Shown: in pieces, positions 51,050 to 64,000 of the stretch | How the letters are laid out: each line of letters opens with the position of its first letter | How positions within the stretch are numbered: position 1 is the stretch's first letter | Assembly (NCBI RefSeq): GCF_016433145.1 | Contig: NC_058133.1 | Coordinates: 349,666,926-349,730,925 of the forward strand | Origin: Gracilinanus agilis | Lineage: Eukaryota | Direction of reading: 5' to 3' | Length of the DNA: 64,000 bases | Program-made: the position numbers and the translations under genes | The notes under the pieces: model-generated | Seen by the model: only the letters and a program-made list of their open reading frames with translations | Told to the model about the DNA's origin: nothing | Databases searched by the model: none

Positions 51050-51560
51050 TGTTGCTTTATTATTCTTTGTGTTGGTCAGACCACACATGGAGATGTGCTC
51101 AAATACTGGCACATCTGAGAAGAAATATTGACAAACTAACTTAGTTCTAAAGAAGGAAAAGTCAGATGAAGATTAGGAAAAATCTGTTATATGAGGAAAA
51201 TTCATGTTAAAAGGTGCTGTTTGTGCTTGAAAAGAGTAGATTCAGGGGAAATAGAATAGGTGTTTAAAATGTTTGATGTAATCCTTTGAAAGCCCAATTA
51301 GACTTCTTTTTTGTAACTCTAGAAGGCAAAGTTAGGACAAATGAGTGAAAGATAAGATGGAGGTATGAATTTTAGAGTCAATATGGAAAATTCTAACATT
51401 TAGATTTTCCTAAAATGACATCAATTGCCCTTTTATATAGTGTTTGCCCATTGTCCAAAAGACTTAATGGCTATCTGTTCAGGTATTTTGTAAAGGAAAT
51501 TCCTTTATTAAGCAGTTAGTTGAGGTAGATGATATGAATATGACCACAACAATGCTATTA
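51050..51560 (+). mobile_element. CR1/L3 LINE 3' fragment
   Basis: 'ttggtcagaccacacatggag...gaaatattgacaaact...gttatatgaggaa...gaaaagagtagattcagggga...tagacttct'. Confidence 0.75.
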
Positions 51561-53004
51561 TCCTTATCTTAAAATTATTAATCAAACATTAAGTGCCTGT
51601 GATGTTTAAATATCAAATATAAGCAATTTATAACTTAATGATTGGATATGATGACAATACTATGTACTCACATTTACATAATGCATAAAGTTTATCATGA
51701 TCTTTCTGCATAATAATCCTCTCAGCTAAGTATTGTAAGTATTATAATCCCCATTTTGCAAATGAGGAAATTGAGGCTCAGAGAGTTTAATTTGCTTGTA
51801 AAAGATTACACAACTAGTGTGAGAGCTGTGAATAGTACCTAGAAGGAATGATAAGATAGGAAGAGAAACAAAAAAAAATAGCATGTCAGAAGAATCCAGT
51901 GATTGAAAGCATATCTGGAAAAAAGGGAGTGTTCCTGTTAGCTGCTTCAGGAAGGGGTTAGGCAAGATTGAAGAAAAAGGAATTGAGTAATGAAAAAGTC
52001 ATTGGTAATTTTGAGGGAATGGTTTCTGTAGATTAATGGATTTGAAAGCCAGATTGAAAAAAATTGAGGAGTGGATGAAGAGTGGGGAAGTATAAGCAGC
52101 GAATATAGACAACTTTGTAAATCGATAATGCACATACTTAAAATCTATGAAGTAGAAAACATTGTTTAGCAATGTTAATAAACAATTACATTGCCTGTTC
52201 ATTTTAGAGCTCTTTTTGTTCAGTCTCTGAATGAATAGTTGAGTGGGTTGGCATTTTCATACAAAATTATGTTTTCATATGCTGGATATGACAGCAGTGT
52301 ATTTTGTATTATCTGTCCAGTACCTGTCATAGATTAGATGCTTAATAAATGCTAAGTAATGAAAACTGAATGTCTACAAATAGTGATGTGGAAGAAGTTT
52401 CCAGTAATTGTCTTGTTATGAATTTGAATAAAATGCTTTGAGGGCACTTATCAGACCTGAGAATGATTAGATGGAGTCTCATCCTTGATACTTTTCATAT
52501 TAGTTACAGTACTTAATATAAGAAAAGACTGCTGCTGATACATTTGTATTTTAAGTTATACCTGCACCTAGAGAAATTCATTGAACTATAATGTACTAGA
52601 GTCATGTTTTAGTGAGTATCTGGCCCAATCCTTTGATTTTTTACAAGTGACAAACTGAGTCTCAATGAGGTGAATTGATTTTTTTTTTAAGATCAAGGAT
52701 GTAGTTAGTGGCAAAGAGAGAACCAAACACTAATTTTCCCACTTTTTAGTCAAGTAGTCTTTCCCTTACATGATATCTCTGAATATCATAGTCCTTTTCC
52801 ATGGAAATATTGCAAATACGTAGTTTTCTTTTTATATCGTAAGTCCTAATTACCAACAGAATTGAAGGAAATGTCTGTAAGTGTTTTCATAAACTTTTCC
52901 TTTTCCTTTTGTCACCTTGACATATTAATACAATGTTTCTATATGAGGCAAGAGTTGTTAACTCATAAATTATTTTTTTTTCTTATTTAACCTGAATCTT
53001 AATT

Positions 53005-53195
53005 CTAGAAGGGTTCTTTACCTGGCATCTGTGAATTTTTTTTCATACTTTGTCATTTGTATTTCAACACAATTAATTTTTTAAATAATCCTATATATTT
53101 TATTGTATACATTTATAGACATTATTAGGAAAATGAGTCCATGAGTGTCATTGCATTTCCAAAGAGGTGTATGAAATAAAAAGCCTAAGAACTTG
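53005..53195 (-). mobile_element. Charlie4-like MITE remnant
   Basis: 'gggttcttttacctgg...atttcaacacaatt...taatcctatatattttatt...catttatagacattatt'. Confidence 0.55.
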
Positions 53196-54702
53196 AAGGC
53201 TATCAATTGGCTGACCAACCCCAAGACCCCCATGTAGAATGTATAAGGAAGTGCTAGTTAGAATCATACAGAATTAAGTGTGGAAGAACTGCAGTTTCTT
53301 CGTAACCATAGTTGTCTGAATGCTCAAGGTAGCGTACAGTAATACATTTTTTCCAGGATTTTATGTGTATTTTATAATTTTTAAATCTAACTTTAAACTA
53401 TAATTGTTTGCCTTATCCTTGTTTGCTAACAGCTAACATTAGTACCTGCTATTGAACTGATTTCCTTGATTACTTTATTATATCACTAAATTTTTTTGAG
53501 AGACAACATAGCAAAGCATTACAATAGTGCTGGATTCTCAGACAGAAATAATTTTGGTTTCAGTCTGCTACCAAAATTTACCACCTTTGTGACTCGATGG
53601 TCACACTTCTTTGAGCCCCAGTTCTTAATCTGCAAAATGGGGAACTGTATCTTTAGGAGAATCTTATAAGGTCCAAATGAGTTAATGTATATGTGTACTA
53701 TGAAGCTCTTTGTAAATCTTCAAGTACAAAATATATATCAGAAATTACAAAGTCTTTGAAGGCTAGGATCATGTCTTCTTCATCATAAAGTCATACATAG
53801 ATCTTTCTCTACCTTCATTTCTAGTTCCTTCCTTCTCTCTATTGTTTATCTCTAATTTTCCCCATATATAATTTGTTCGTACATAATTATTTACATCCTT
53901 ATTAGGCTTTGAACTCTTTGATAATAGTGACTATTTATTGCTTTTTTATCTCTAGCACTGATAAGGCACAGTGTCTACCATATAATAGATATATGATAAA
54001 TCTTAATTGACTTACTGACTGGTTCCGTTGTATCTAGCAAAGTGCCTTCCACATTATATTTCATGTTTTTAGTGTTTATCAAATGAATAAATACTGAAAT
54101 TTATGTCCAGTAACAAGGTAATCTAGTCTTTTAAACCTATAACTGAGAAAGGTTGATTTACATTCTCTCCTCTTCCACTTTTTCAAGATTTTTGATCAGG
54201 ATTTTGGTGTGTTAAAGGCTTTCTGTACAATTTGTTTCTATAAGAGGGGTGCTATCCATGTTTTCTTCTATAGTCTAATAGTAAATTGAAGTAAAGGACA
54301 CCTATTAGATGCTTTTTAATTTTATTGAGAATGGAAAAGAGAAACAGGCTAGGTATTTTTAGAGGTCAAGTTCTCAGTGGAGAATGTCAGCATCTCCCAA
54401 AACCACCATGAAGAGAATACATTATGAATCATCAGTGGACGTACATGCATGCTATTAACTGCATGCCTAAATACAATTTGCATCTTCACCCAAGAGATTA
54501 CTTCAGTTTTCACATATTTTTTTTATTTTCAGCCACAAATGGCCACAAATGAAACCTAATATTGGTTGTAAACAAAATTCATTATATTGATGTCTTTAAG
54601 ATGTGGTCATGGATGAGTACCTCTGGGAGGAATTTTCTTACTTTTATGTTAAGTAGATTTCACACATCCCCTTGATCAGTAATGGACCAAAGGCAATATA
54701 CA

Positions 54703-54811
54703 TATATACCAGATCAACCTCCTATTTATTTTCAACTATATATAGTTGAACTATAAATATATTTTCAACTATATGTAGTTGAAAATAAAAAGGATACTGA
54801 TCTGGTATATA
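54703..54811. repeat. Long palindrome: 48-bp arms, 13-bp spacer, internal self-palindromes
   Basis: Arms 54703-54750 and 54764-54811 match at 43/48 as reverse complements. TTCAACTATATATAGTTGAA (54731-54750) is itself a perfect palindrome. Confidence 0.9.
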
Positions 54812-55918
54812 TGAAAAGGCTGCTAAGCCTCACTTGGGCCTGACAGGCTCTATTAATCTGAGTCTGCCAAGCTGGCTCTGGATCCTCAGGTGATAGATGG
54901 ATCTAGGCTAAGTGAGAGATGAGATTGTCTAGGTAATCACCCTATGTACTGGTAATCCCAGGACTTATGAAGTTCAGCTTAGCCAAGCTTATACCTCTTT
55001 AACAGTTCCCAAGCCAAAGTAGCAGGTGAGAAGTTGTATGTGTGTTAACAACTTCTCTAGCTTCCTGGCTTGGGGTTGGGATTGCTGGTAAAAGCAGTTT
55101 GGGCTGGTGTTGTTGTGCTAAATGGACAAATGCTGTTCTGACTGCTGTTTGATAAATCCCTTCCCCTAATTATCTGTAGATGTTCGCCAATTAGGAAAGG
55201 AATAACAATCTTCTTTTGGATTAAACTACAACAAGATTTCTTTGCTTATCTAAAGGGTTAGGAACAAGGAATAAGGATAGAGGTTTGGGAATGCTAAAGT
55301 AATCTAATTGAATTAAAGTAATCTAAATCTATAGATCAGGGGTCTGCAACCATATCTGGCTTTTTGAGGGCCAGATATAGCTCTTTCTGCAGGAGCCATA
55401 AAGTCAATTTTTTTTTCAGGCACTGTTACAGGAGCGTGCACTGTGAGCACTGTATGGCCCTCACGAAATTACATTTTTAAAAATGTGGCATTTATGGCTC
55501 TCACAGCCAAAAAGGTTGCCGACCCCTACTATAGATGATAGTTAATAACAGGCTGGAGGTTCTTCTCCCTCTCTCAATCCCTGACTTGACCTGGCCAGGG
55601 TACAAACCAAAGGATAGGGAAGGCTAATGGTGTTCTTAATATCTGTGGTGTTGTTCTCTCCCAGCTCTATCAGTAGCAGGTAGAATAACTTCCTATGGCT
55701 CTCAGATATGGATGCTGGATTGCAGGTGTAAGGCCTACCCTCCCTTAAAACACCTTCCTCCCATGATTCTCAAAACTGAGTCACAGTCTGCTGTAGTCCA
55801 AAGGTATTTATAGGGGTGGTTCCAACTGTCTTTTGGCCCTGGCTCACATTCCAAAGTCTTTAACTGATGATCCTGTCACTCAAGATGTTCTCCATTTTGT
55901 CCCAGAAGTTCCTTACTA
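54812..55918 (-). mobile_element. Solo LTR (~900 bp plus nested MITE)
   Basis: TG start, degenerate 'ccttacta' end and possible ATATA TSD. Minus-strand TATA (plus 'ggtatttatag', ~55803), as in the other two minus-strand LTRs. Confidence 0.6.
55337..55528 (+). mobile_element. Intact hAT (Charlie-type) MITE, 192 bp, with perfect 8-bp TSD
   Basis: TIRs CAGGGGTCTGCAACC / GGTTGCCGACCCCTA. CTATAGAT at 55329-55336 and 55529-55536. Confidence 0.93.
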
Positions 55919-56382
55919 ATATATACACTATGTACATAGCTTTTTAATTCCAAAAAATTGGTTAATGTTTTTTGATAACTTATCAGCATGGCTCCTCTAG
56001 TGTATGTTTACCTAAACATTTCACTGAGTCAGCCTGTACTATATTTAATAAATGATGTGATGCTTATGTCCATCAGGGATGAGATGTGGGAGCCAAGGCC
56101 AATCATAATCTGTTTCTCTTTCCAGTATTTTCATTTAGAGTAAATCAGGTTAAAATGAATATTAAATACAACTCTGATCATGAAGAAAAAAATCATAGCC
56201 ATATTTGGAAATGACTCCTTGACCAAAGTAGTGTCAAGATAATTGGATTTAGAGTCAGAGCATCTCAGTTCCAACATCCTGCCTCTGATTATCTTACCTA
56301 TATGATCTTAGAAAAGTCACATGCCCTCATGGCCTCAATTTAGATATTAAGGGGGTTTGACTAGGTTGTTTCTAGTACTGAT

Positions 56383-56440
56383 TTATGTATATAATTATAT
56401 GCTTAAAATGCTTATGTATATAATTATATGCTTAAAATGC
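56383..56440. repeat. Perfect 29-bp tandem duplication
   Basis: TTATGTATATAATTATATGCTTAAAATGC twice. Confidence 0.92.
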
Positions 56441-56636
56441 TTATAATTTCATGAAAGTACAAGTTTCTTTAATAGCATTTAGTTTAAGTGACATTGCAAT
56501 CTCTCTATAAAAATTTTTACTCAGAGTCACAAAAGCATAACATGTAGGATGTAGGTAAGAAAGAGAAATGGACAATCCTTCCAGATTTGCCAAGGAGGAC
56601 TTTTATTAACCAATTATGTGACAGTGAGTCAAAGGG

Positions 56637-56643
<7 letters not shown>

Positions 56644-56674
<31 letters not shown>
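56644..56674. repeat. (TG)n microsatellite
   Basis: Direct reading. Confidence 0.95.
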
Positions 56675-56675
<1 letters not shown>

Positions 56676-59600
56676 CATGTATATGCAACTGCTAGTGGAA
56701 CCACCTATTCTGAGCCATTTCCTTAAGTTGCTACCCCAACAACATCTCAGGTTCTTCCAAAGTTCAGGCCTTGGGATAATCATGTGATTCCAATAACCCA
56801 CAGACAGCTCTGAATCAGCATCTTCTAAAAATAAGGCAGTGGCCCATTTTTTACATCCCTTTTCCTTTGTTCATTCTAACTTTAAGAAAGCATGATTAAA
56901 GATATTTTAAATCTTTGAGATTAAATGAACTTCCCATTTACCCCATCTTAACTCTCTTTGAAAAAAAATGTTATAGGCTACCACTGATTAGATCATTATT
57001 TTAACACTAATTTTACTCATAGTGAAAAAAGAAAACATGAATTAATTTTCAACTCTAAAATAGAAAACTGCATCTAGCTATCTAGCAATAGACTGCATAT
57101 ACTCAGATGAGGAAAAAGAATATCTTTCACCAAAAATTTTTTTGTCATTCTCCTTTTTGCTTTAGAATCCAAATACTATTATATGTTTGTATGTTGTCAT
57201 GCCCAAAGTACATATTTTGATGAAAGAAATAGATAAAGAACTGTTCTGTTCTTGACCATATTATTCTGAAGACATTTGGGAACAGGAATTGCCTAGTCCA
57301 GCCCCAAGTCACACTTTAGCAAAGAAGCTTGGACCTTTCATCTTCTGACAAAACCATTAGCAGCATAAAGAGGTATTCCAGGAGAAGATAGAGAGAAAGT
57401 GGACTAGAGAGTCTTTGCTTCTTTAGGAAAGCTTAAAAATGCATTCAGAGAGAGCAGAATTGCTATCTGCACTGACCCTATATAACTGAAAGTAAAAGTG
57501 GTAGGCAATCAATGATCTCATCTGGATTTGGCGCATCTCTAAGGGATGGAAGTTTTCTTAATTGCAGTGGTGTATTTGATAGCATCATACGGTGAAAGAA
57601 CCACAGGCTAATTAAAACAGAGCCTGGCTTTTCTGTCTCTGGATCTGCCATTAACTAGCTAAATGAAATTGTGCAAATATTTCATTTTCCTCATCTTTAA
57701 AATAAGAAACTTGACTGGATGACCTCTCTCATCCTTTGCAGCTCTAACTATTCAATGGTTTATTTTACAAGTCTTTCAAAACTTATTGAGTTCAAACTGT
57801 GTGTAGTGATATTGTATCCCCTTAGATAATCTTCCTACAAGCATGCAAATATAAAACTAAATTCATGGGTAAAGTTTTGTGGGGAAGGATGAATAACAAT
57901 CACACCATATCTATAATCTGTATTTGTTGAGGAATTTGCATATATTCACCAAAGTACTGTTAGAATTCCACTGTGTACTTTTTGTCTCTTCTTCCCTTTC
58001 TAAAACTGAGATATAGGTTTTGCAAATAAAAAATATTGTATTTTTCTAATGGGATTTCATTCCAAATGAAGAATCAACCAAAAATAGTCACTTAATTTTA
58101 ATCATGTTATAGTAATGTTATAATATGAATGAAAATAATGCTAGAAAATGAAGTTCTTAGTAGTTTTCCTTTATATTCCTATGTATTTTTTATACATTTA
58201 AAAGATTATTCAGAGAAGAGTCTGTAGGCTTTACCAGATTGTCACTGGGTTCCATGACATAAAAATAGTTTAAGAACTCCTGCCTTAAGAAGTATTGTGG
58301 TAAAGAGATTGATTTTTTAAAGAAACCAAATACATTCCCACTAGAAGTTGTATATCTGAATGAGAGGGAGCATAATGCATATGAGCTCTACTCTCTTGTA
58401 GGATGGTCATTAAAAATAGTTCAATTGTACATTGAACGCTACATTCTACAATGAACACTTTGAGAGAGGAATTCATTGATTATATTCCCCTTTTCCTAAG
58501 TGGGTTTCGGCTTAAGCACCAGTTTTACTTTGCAGAAAATAAATATCAAATTAAGCAAATAACAGGTGTTTAAAACTATGGCATGCAACCTGAGTATGTG
58601 TATATGGTTGTAAAGATAATTTTTACTTTTTCTGTTTGAAAAGAATTCTTTAAAACCTTATTTTATAAGATAGCAGAAATGTCTTGTTACTTGAGGCCTT
58701 GCAGTGTGAACTGCCACTAAACTGATGAAGTTATCCTTGATATATTTTTAAAAAATCATCCACTTCTTAGCACCATGGTTGCTTGTCTTTCAATACAGTG
58801 GGATGCTATGGAACAGTGAAAATTGGCCATTTCACTTCAGGGAAAATAGTGGTGACTTCTCTGAGCATGAGAAATTATATGGGTGTAGGAGGAAACAATC
58901 ATTACATGTAATTTGAAAATTTAATTTCTTTTTGGTTCTGAAGATCTAGATTCTATAATTTCTCTTTTATTCCTTCTTGATTTTCAAATGCTAACTAGAG
59001 AGTAACTGCTTTATCTAATATATACCCAATTAAAGACCGAAATATCTCTTTTCTAGATCTTATATATTTGACCTTTAAGTAGTTTTTATGTTGAAAGTAT
59101 AACTATTTATCTCATCTGATTTCATTCTTACAGCAATCCTGCAAAGTAAATAGTATGACTACTACTATCTTCATTTTAAAGATGAGAAAACTGTAGCTTA
59201 GAGAAGTTTTTGTTTGTTTTTCCCTCCAAGGATATATAGATTATGAATAGGGAACCCAGAATTAAAACCCTAATCTTTCAACTATAATGTTCTTTGCTTT
59301 TGACCAGGTTTAAGACTACTTAAAACAGATTTTCAATCTAAAGTATACCTACTCTCAGATGCAAGAAAACTTGGGGATTTTCAGAACATAACTTTTTAAT
59401 TCTATTGAAATTAATATATATGTATTTATGTATTTATGGGCACATACATGGAAAAGTATAGATTTTTTCCCTTTCATATTTAAGAGAGGATATGGGAGGG
59501 TTTTACTGAACGGCAAATTTATGGAGAACAAAAGGATTTGGGAACTATTGAATTAGAAGATACAAAATAAAGATATCTGCCTTTTTAAACTTTAATATAT

Positions 59601-60200
59601 GCTTCATAGAACACAGAAATGGTCAAAATACCCTGAAATTGCTTTTATAACACCTAGAACAAATCTGTGAAAAATTAGATGCATAATACATGACTTTTGG
59701 TCTTAAAGTCAAATAGTTTGCATTCAGAAGGGTATTTGTGGATCACAAGATCTAAATTTCAGCCCTACCTCAACCCCAACACAAACTATTTTACAACTGA
59801 GGAAATTCAGACAGATGAGGAAAATATCTTGTCCCATATCACACAGCTAATAATAAGAAAGGAATAACACAAACTGGGATGATGATATGATAATTGCTAC
59901 AATCTATACTGTCAATCCATTAATTTTTGCATAGTTAAAGCTGTTTGTAAGGAATTGATTTTCTTTCTAATCCAGAAATGATCAAGACTTCTTTATTTTG
60001 TGATGCACTTCAGAATACATCTCTTTTGTCAAGTTTAGATCCAAGAAGTCCATAGCTTGGAGATTTTCACCTGAAATAACCTTTAGTTATTTGTACTTTG
60101 TGGCCAGTAAATGGCAAACCCTGAATATATTTATGAATTATACTTCAAAGCATTTGTAATACAATTAGCAATTTCAAAAAAATCAGTTTACTTGGTGCTT

Positions 60201-60214
60201 GTTACCATGGAAAC
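60201..60214. promoter_or_regulatory. RFX X-box-like motif
   Basis: GTTACCATGGAAAC fits GTTNCCATGGNAAC and lies in repeat-free sequence. Confidence 0.4.
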
Positions 60215-61196
60215 AAATTTAAGTGCAAACATGTCAAGAATGATACTATGATGAATCTTGTTGAGCATATAATTCAAAGAGCAGGTCAGTGTTAAAGTCA
60301 TTATGTTACAAATAGAATAACTTGAAATTTGGAAAACAAAGAATTTATGTACCAGTTACTTTTAGGATTGGAGTAGAGTACTATGGATAGCCCTGTAATA
60401 CAGATTGGCATTTGAGCAAGACTGTGGGGGGTATCTAATAGCACCATTATATAGAACCACGAAATTAGATACCACTCATTGCTGGAAATGTTTTGACTTG
60501 CCACTATAAATAATATTATATTCTGGGCTTTGGTTTCATGAAGGTTGCTACACCTCTCATTATAAATAACAGAATATTCAGCAATGATTGAATGTGATTT
60601 AATAGTCTGATTCTTAATTTATATTCAGTTTAAACTAAATATGGCAGGAATCAGCCATTACAGTCTGCTTTCCTTTTCCAAGTATAAATATATCAACGAA
60701 TGATAGGTGTGATAAATATCTGGAAAAAACAATGTGACTTATGATGCTCTTCAGGGACAAAACTTTTGTATTCAAGACCACAGTGCCCCTGGTCTACAGA
60801 ATTTAAAGCAATTTAACTCTGACCTTGGGAATGGTTCTATTTTTGAGCTGTTGCTTACTCTGAAAAAAAATTCTTAACTCCTAAATAAGAGAAAGCATGG
60901 ACATTTAACTTTGTGCTTCAGTTTGTCTTTGGGGAAAATCACTGGGAAAAAATGAAACGTAAAATCCACACAACTTGAAGAACAGTAAATACCAACAAAT
61001 GGTAGAACAAACAAGACATTATCAGAACACAAAATAATATATTACCCTGAAATGAATAGAATGAAAACCAGAAAAAGCAATGGTAAGGAGAATTTTAGGG
61101 ATCTAGGGATGGGGTGTAGCAGACTATAGATATGTTTAAGGTTTGAAAGTAACTAAAAGCAATTGTTCTTAACCTGGAATCTATTAGCTTCATTTT

Positions 61197-61376
61197 TTTT
61201 AACCCTTGTACTTCGGTGTATTGTCTCATAGGTGGAAGATTGGTAAGGGTGGGCAATGGGGGTCAAGTGACTTGCCCAGGGTCACACAGCTGGGAAGTGG
61301 CTGAGGCCGGGTTTGAACCTAGGACCTCCTGTCTCTAGGCCTGACTTTCACTCCACTGAGCTACCCAGCTGCCCCC
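61197..61376 (-). mobile_element. SINE1_Mdo-type SINE nested in a Charlie4-like remnant
   Basis: Reverse-complement consensus. TSD TAT(T/G)AGCTTCATTTT at 61182-61196 and 61377-61391. The flanks read as Charlie4-like MITE up to the gap. Confidence 0.92.
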
Positions 61377-61501
61377 TATGAGCTTCATTTTAAAATATTT
61401 TGATGTGTATGTCAACATAACATTTCCTTTGTAATCCTTTATATTTTATCTAATGTATTTAGAAATAATATGAGAAAAGGTGCTTAGGTTTTACTAGACT
61501 A

Positions 61502-61644
61502 NNNNNNNNNNNNNNNNNNNNNNNNNNNNNNNNNNNNNNNNNNNNNNNNNNNNNNNNNNNNNNNNNNNNNNNNNNNNNNNNNNNNNNNNNNNNNNNNNNN
61601 NNNNNNNNNNNNNNNNNNNNNNNNNNNNNNNNNNNNNNNNNNNN
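61502..61644. other. Assembly gap (143 N)
   Basis: Run of n. Confidence 1.
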
Positions 61645-64000
61645 AAAATTAAGGAGATTTTGGGAAGGCTTCCTCCAGATTTAGCAATGGAACTAAGGTT
61701 TAAGGAAGCCTGGCCAGATTGTCCAAGAAGATATAATAGAAAGAACTATGGAAAGGCAAATGGGGCATGAGAGGTACTGCATAAATAGAAGTACAATCTG
61801 GCCTACAACTTGTCCTTTGGGAAGCCTGATCACAGATAGTAAGAACACTGCTCTTAGGTCTAAAGTTTTGGGGGAATTTGAGTTATGTTGAAATAATTAT
61901 TCTATTTCTTTTTATATCTGATAATACTTTTTAAAAATCATATATTTCACCTAGACTAGCAACTAACTGTTTACATTTCCTGTCTTTTGTCATGAACCAT
62001 TTGACAAACAACAATTCCCAAATTAAGTATGGCTTGTGTTCTAACTACTTAATCATAAGTCTGTTACTTTGAGCTCTAAATGTATTTTTACTGTTAAAAA
62101 AAAAGGAAGAAGAGGTTTCTCAATTTTCTAAATACACAATAGAAATGCTTCTATGGGAAAATGAGTTCCAACTTGGCATGCCCAGAACACATCTCCTTCA
62201 AGTGAGGAATGAAGACTTCCTATGCCTGTACCTTTTATCCTTCTTTCCCGTTCTTCCCCAAGATTGATTTCATAGAATGTGGAATAAGGATTTTTTTTCA
62301 GGCATAATGGGAGGGCTGCAGAGGTGAGGAGCTGGTTCAAAGCCTCCAGAAGGTTTAGGGGTGAAAATATGACTTGGGTACTCTGCAAAGAGGAAGGGGA
62401 TAATAATGACTGTTTTTCCTATATTCTCTAGAAAGGAAAAAACAATATCTTGACCTACAAAGCTATGCCACTCTGCAATTCTCTATTGATTTCTAACTCT
62501 CTGAGTTACTGGCTCTTTGACTCTTCTCTGTTTTGTGATTTGTGATCATCTGTCTATTTTTTGGTTTGTGATTCTTTTTGCTTTTTATTTGACATTCATT
62601 TTTTTTTATTTTTTAATTAGATGTTGTCTAGGCTTTCCAGGTTTATAAACCCCAGTTTAGTCCCTAACTCTTCTCTGTGCTACCTTGCTTCAACTCTTTT
62701 GACCTTTTTACTAATGCTCCCCTAAAATGTGACTGATGTTTTTAATCTATATTTTGGTGTATAATCTACAACCCATAATTTGGTCAGGAACAGTCTGAAA
62801 CTCGAAATGGATTCATGAAAGCCATGATCTGTGGTAACTAGTGACATTGACAAAGGAGATCAGAGAAATATTATAAGAAAATAAAGAAAATTAGAGATTT
62901 TGATATTCCTAAAACAGCAGATAAATCAATATTTTGAAGCATACATAATGTTGAATGCATTATTTTGGAGGGAAAAATATCAGCATCATCTCCTTTTCAT
63001 TAAATCTTTATTCTATTATATGACTATTAAGTACAGTTTTTTAATTTAAGAAAAGCAGTATTATGAAGCAGAAAATTTACTAGAGAGGCTTTAGAGGGCA
63101 CAACAGAATGACAGGTCACAAGGGAGCCTATCTTCTGTAAAAGATATAACTTCTTAAAAGAAAATTAAAATTCACGATAATATGAACGATGGAAAAATAA
63201 TAGAGGCAGAAATTTCAGAAGTATGATATATTGTAACATCAGTAGAAAAAAGATTTTGTTTAGCACAATTAAACAAATTTCTAATGATTCCCAGTGCACA
63301 GGAATTAGTGTAAGAGATCCTAAAGAGGAAATATAAGACTATTTGAAAAAATAAAAAGGTGATTGGATATAGAAATGTGAAGTATAGAATAGAACAATAA
63401 ATATATTGTCAGATATAGTTGTATTGGATAATGTTGCTCTACTGCTTTCTTTTTCTCCTTTTTTCCCCCTCTTTGCTATAAGTGATGACATTCTGGAATG
63501 AGGATAGAAGAAGCTTAGTTTTAGAAATTAACGTGATAAAAAAAAACGAAAACAAGTAAAACAAATTTCTTGCCCTCCTCCTTAAAAAAACTGAGAATGA
63601 AGAGAAAAGACAAGGTTGCGAAGTAGGAACCTTAAAACCTAGATAATAGTACCTACTCTGCCACCGGTTGTCTGATATCAGAAAAGGCTCAAGCTCTTAG
63701 AAAAGCTACCTGTTCCTATTGGTACCAAGTTTGTTTGGGGGCAACTATCTCAATTTTTTGAAGGATATGATTAGTTATCTCTATCCTTACTAGTAATTTC
63801 ATTTGTCAAAACAAGCAGTTTTGATTCTTATTGATCATTTATTTCCCTTTGTGTGGTAAGAATCAAAATTCCCTAACCCTGTCCCGTTGATATTAATCCC
63901 TATTCCATTTTGACTGCAGCAGTGGTCTCTGCCTCAATTTGTACAGAGAAGAGACATTTCTTTCCTAAGCATCTGGTTAAACTGGCATACACCAAAATGC

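Noticed and set aside
58269-58454. Stop-to-stop plus-strand frame of 61 codons (…NTFPLEVVYLNEREHNAYELYSL…)
   Set aside because: No ATG, weak splice sites and no recognised motif; frames of this length occur by chance.
1-64000. CRISPR arrays, endogenous non-retroviral virus genes, NUMTs or rRNA
   Set aside because: No regularly spaced repeats, long ORFs or recognisable viral, mitochondrial or rRNA sequence were seen. A decayed viral element cannot be excluded without a translated search.

Overview
AT-rich, repeat-dense eukaryotic DNA, almost certainly marsupial. Many tRNA-derived SINEs match the SINE1_Mdo/MAR1 pattern of the opossum Monodelphis domestica. It reads as intronic or intergenic sequence: about ten SINE1-type insertions (most with clear target-site duplications), many MIR/MAR1, L1, L2, CR1/L3 and RTE remnants, four LTRs, several hAT/Charlie MITEs, microsatellites and a 143-nt assembly gap. 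Almost all ORF-track entries are chance or repeat-derived. I found no prokaryotic features, CRISPR arrays, rRNA or bona fide tRNA genes. One credible unnamed coding exon lies on the minus strand (20872-21027), with weaker candidate exons on both strands. The most unusual structures are: (1) a 321-bp TGT...ACA foldback element with ~70-bp terminal inverted repeats and a 4-bp TSD (3545-3865); (2) a TSD-bounded composite ERV-like insertion whose second LTR is replaced by an inverted mini-LTR carrying several LTR-end motifs (13724-15714); (3) two locally generated long hairpins (28317-28379, 54703-54811); (4) an intact hAT MITE nested in an LTR. Repeat family names come from recalled consensus features, not a database search.
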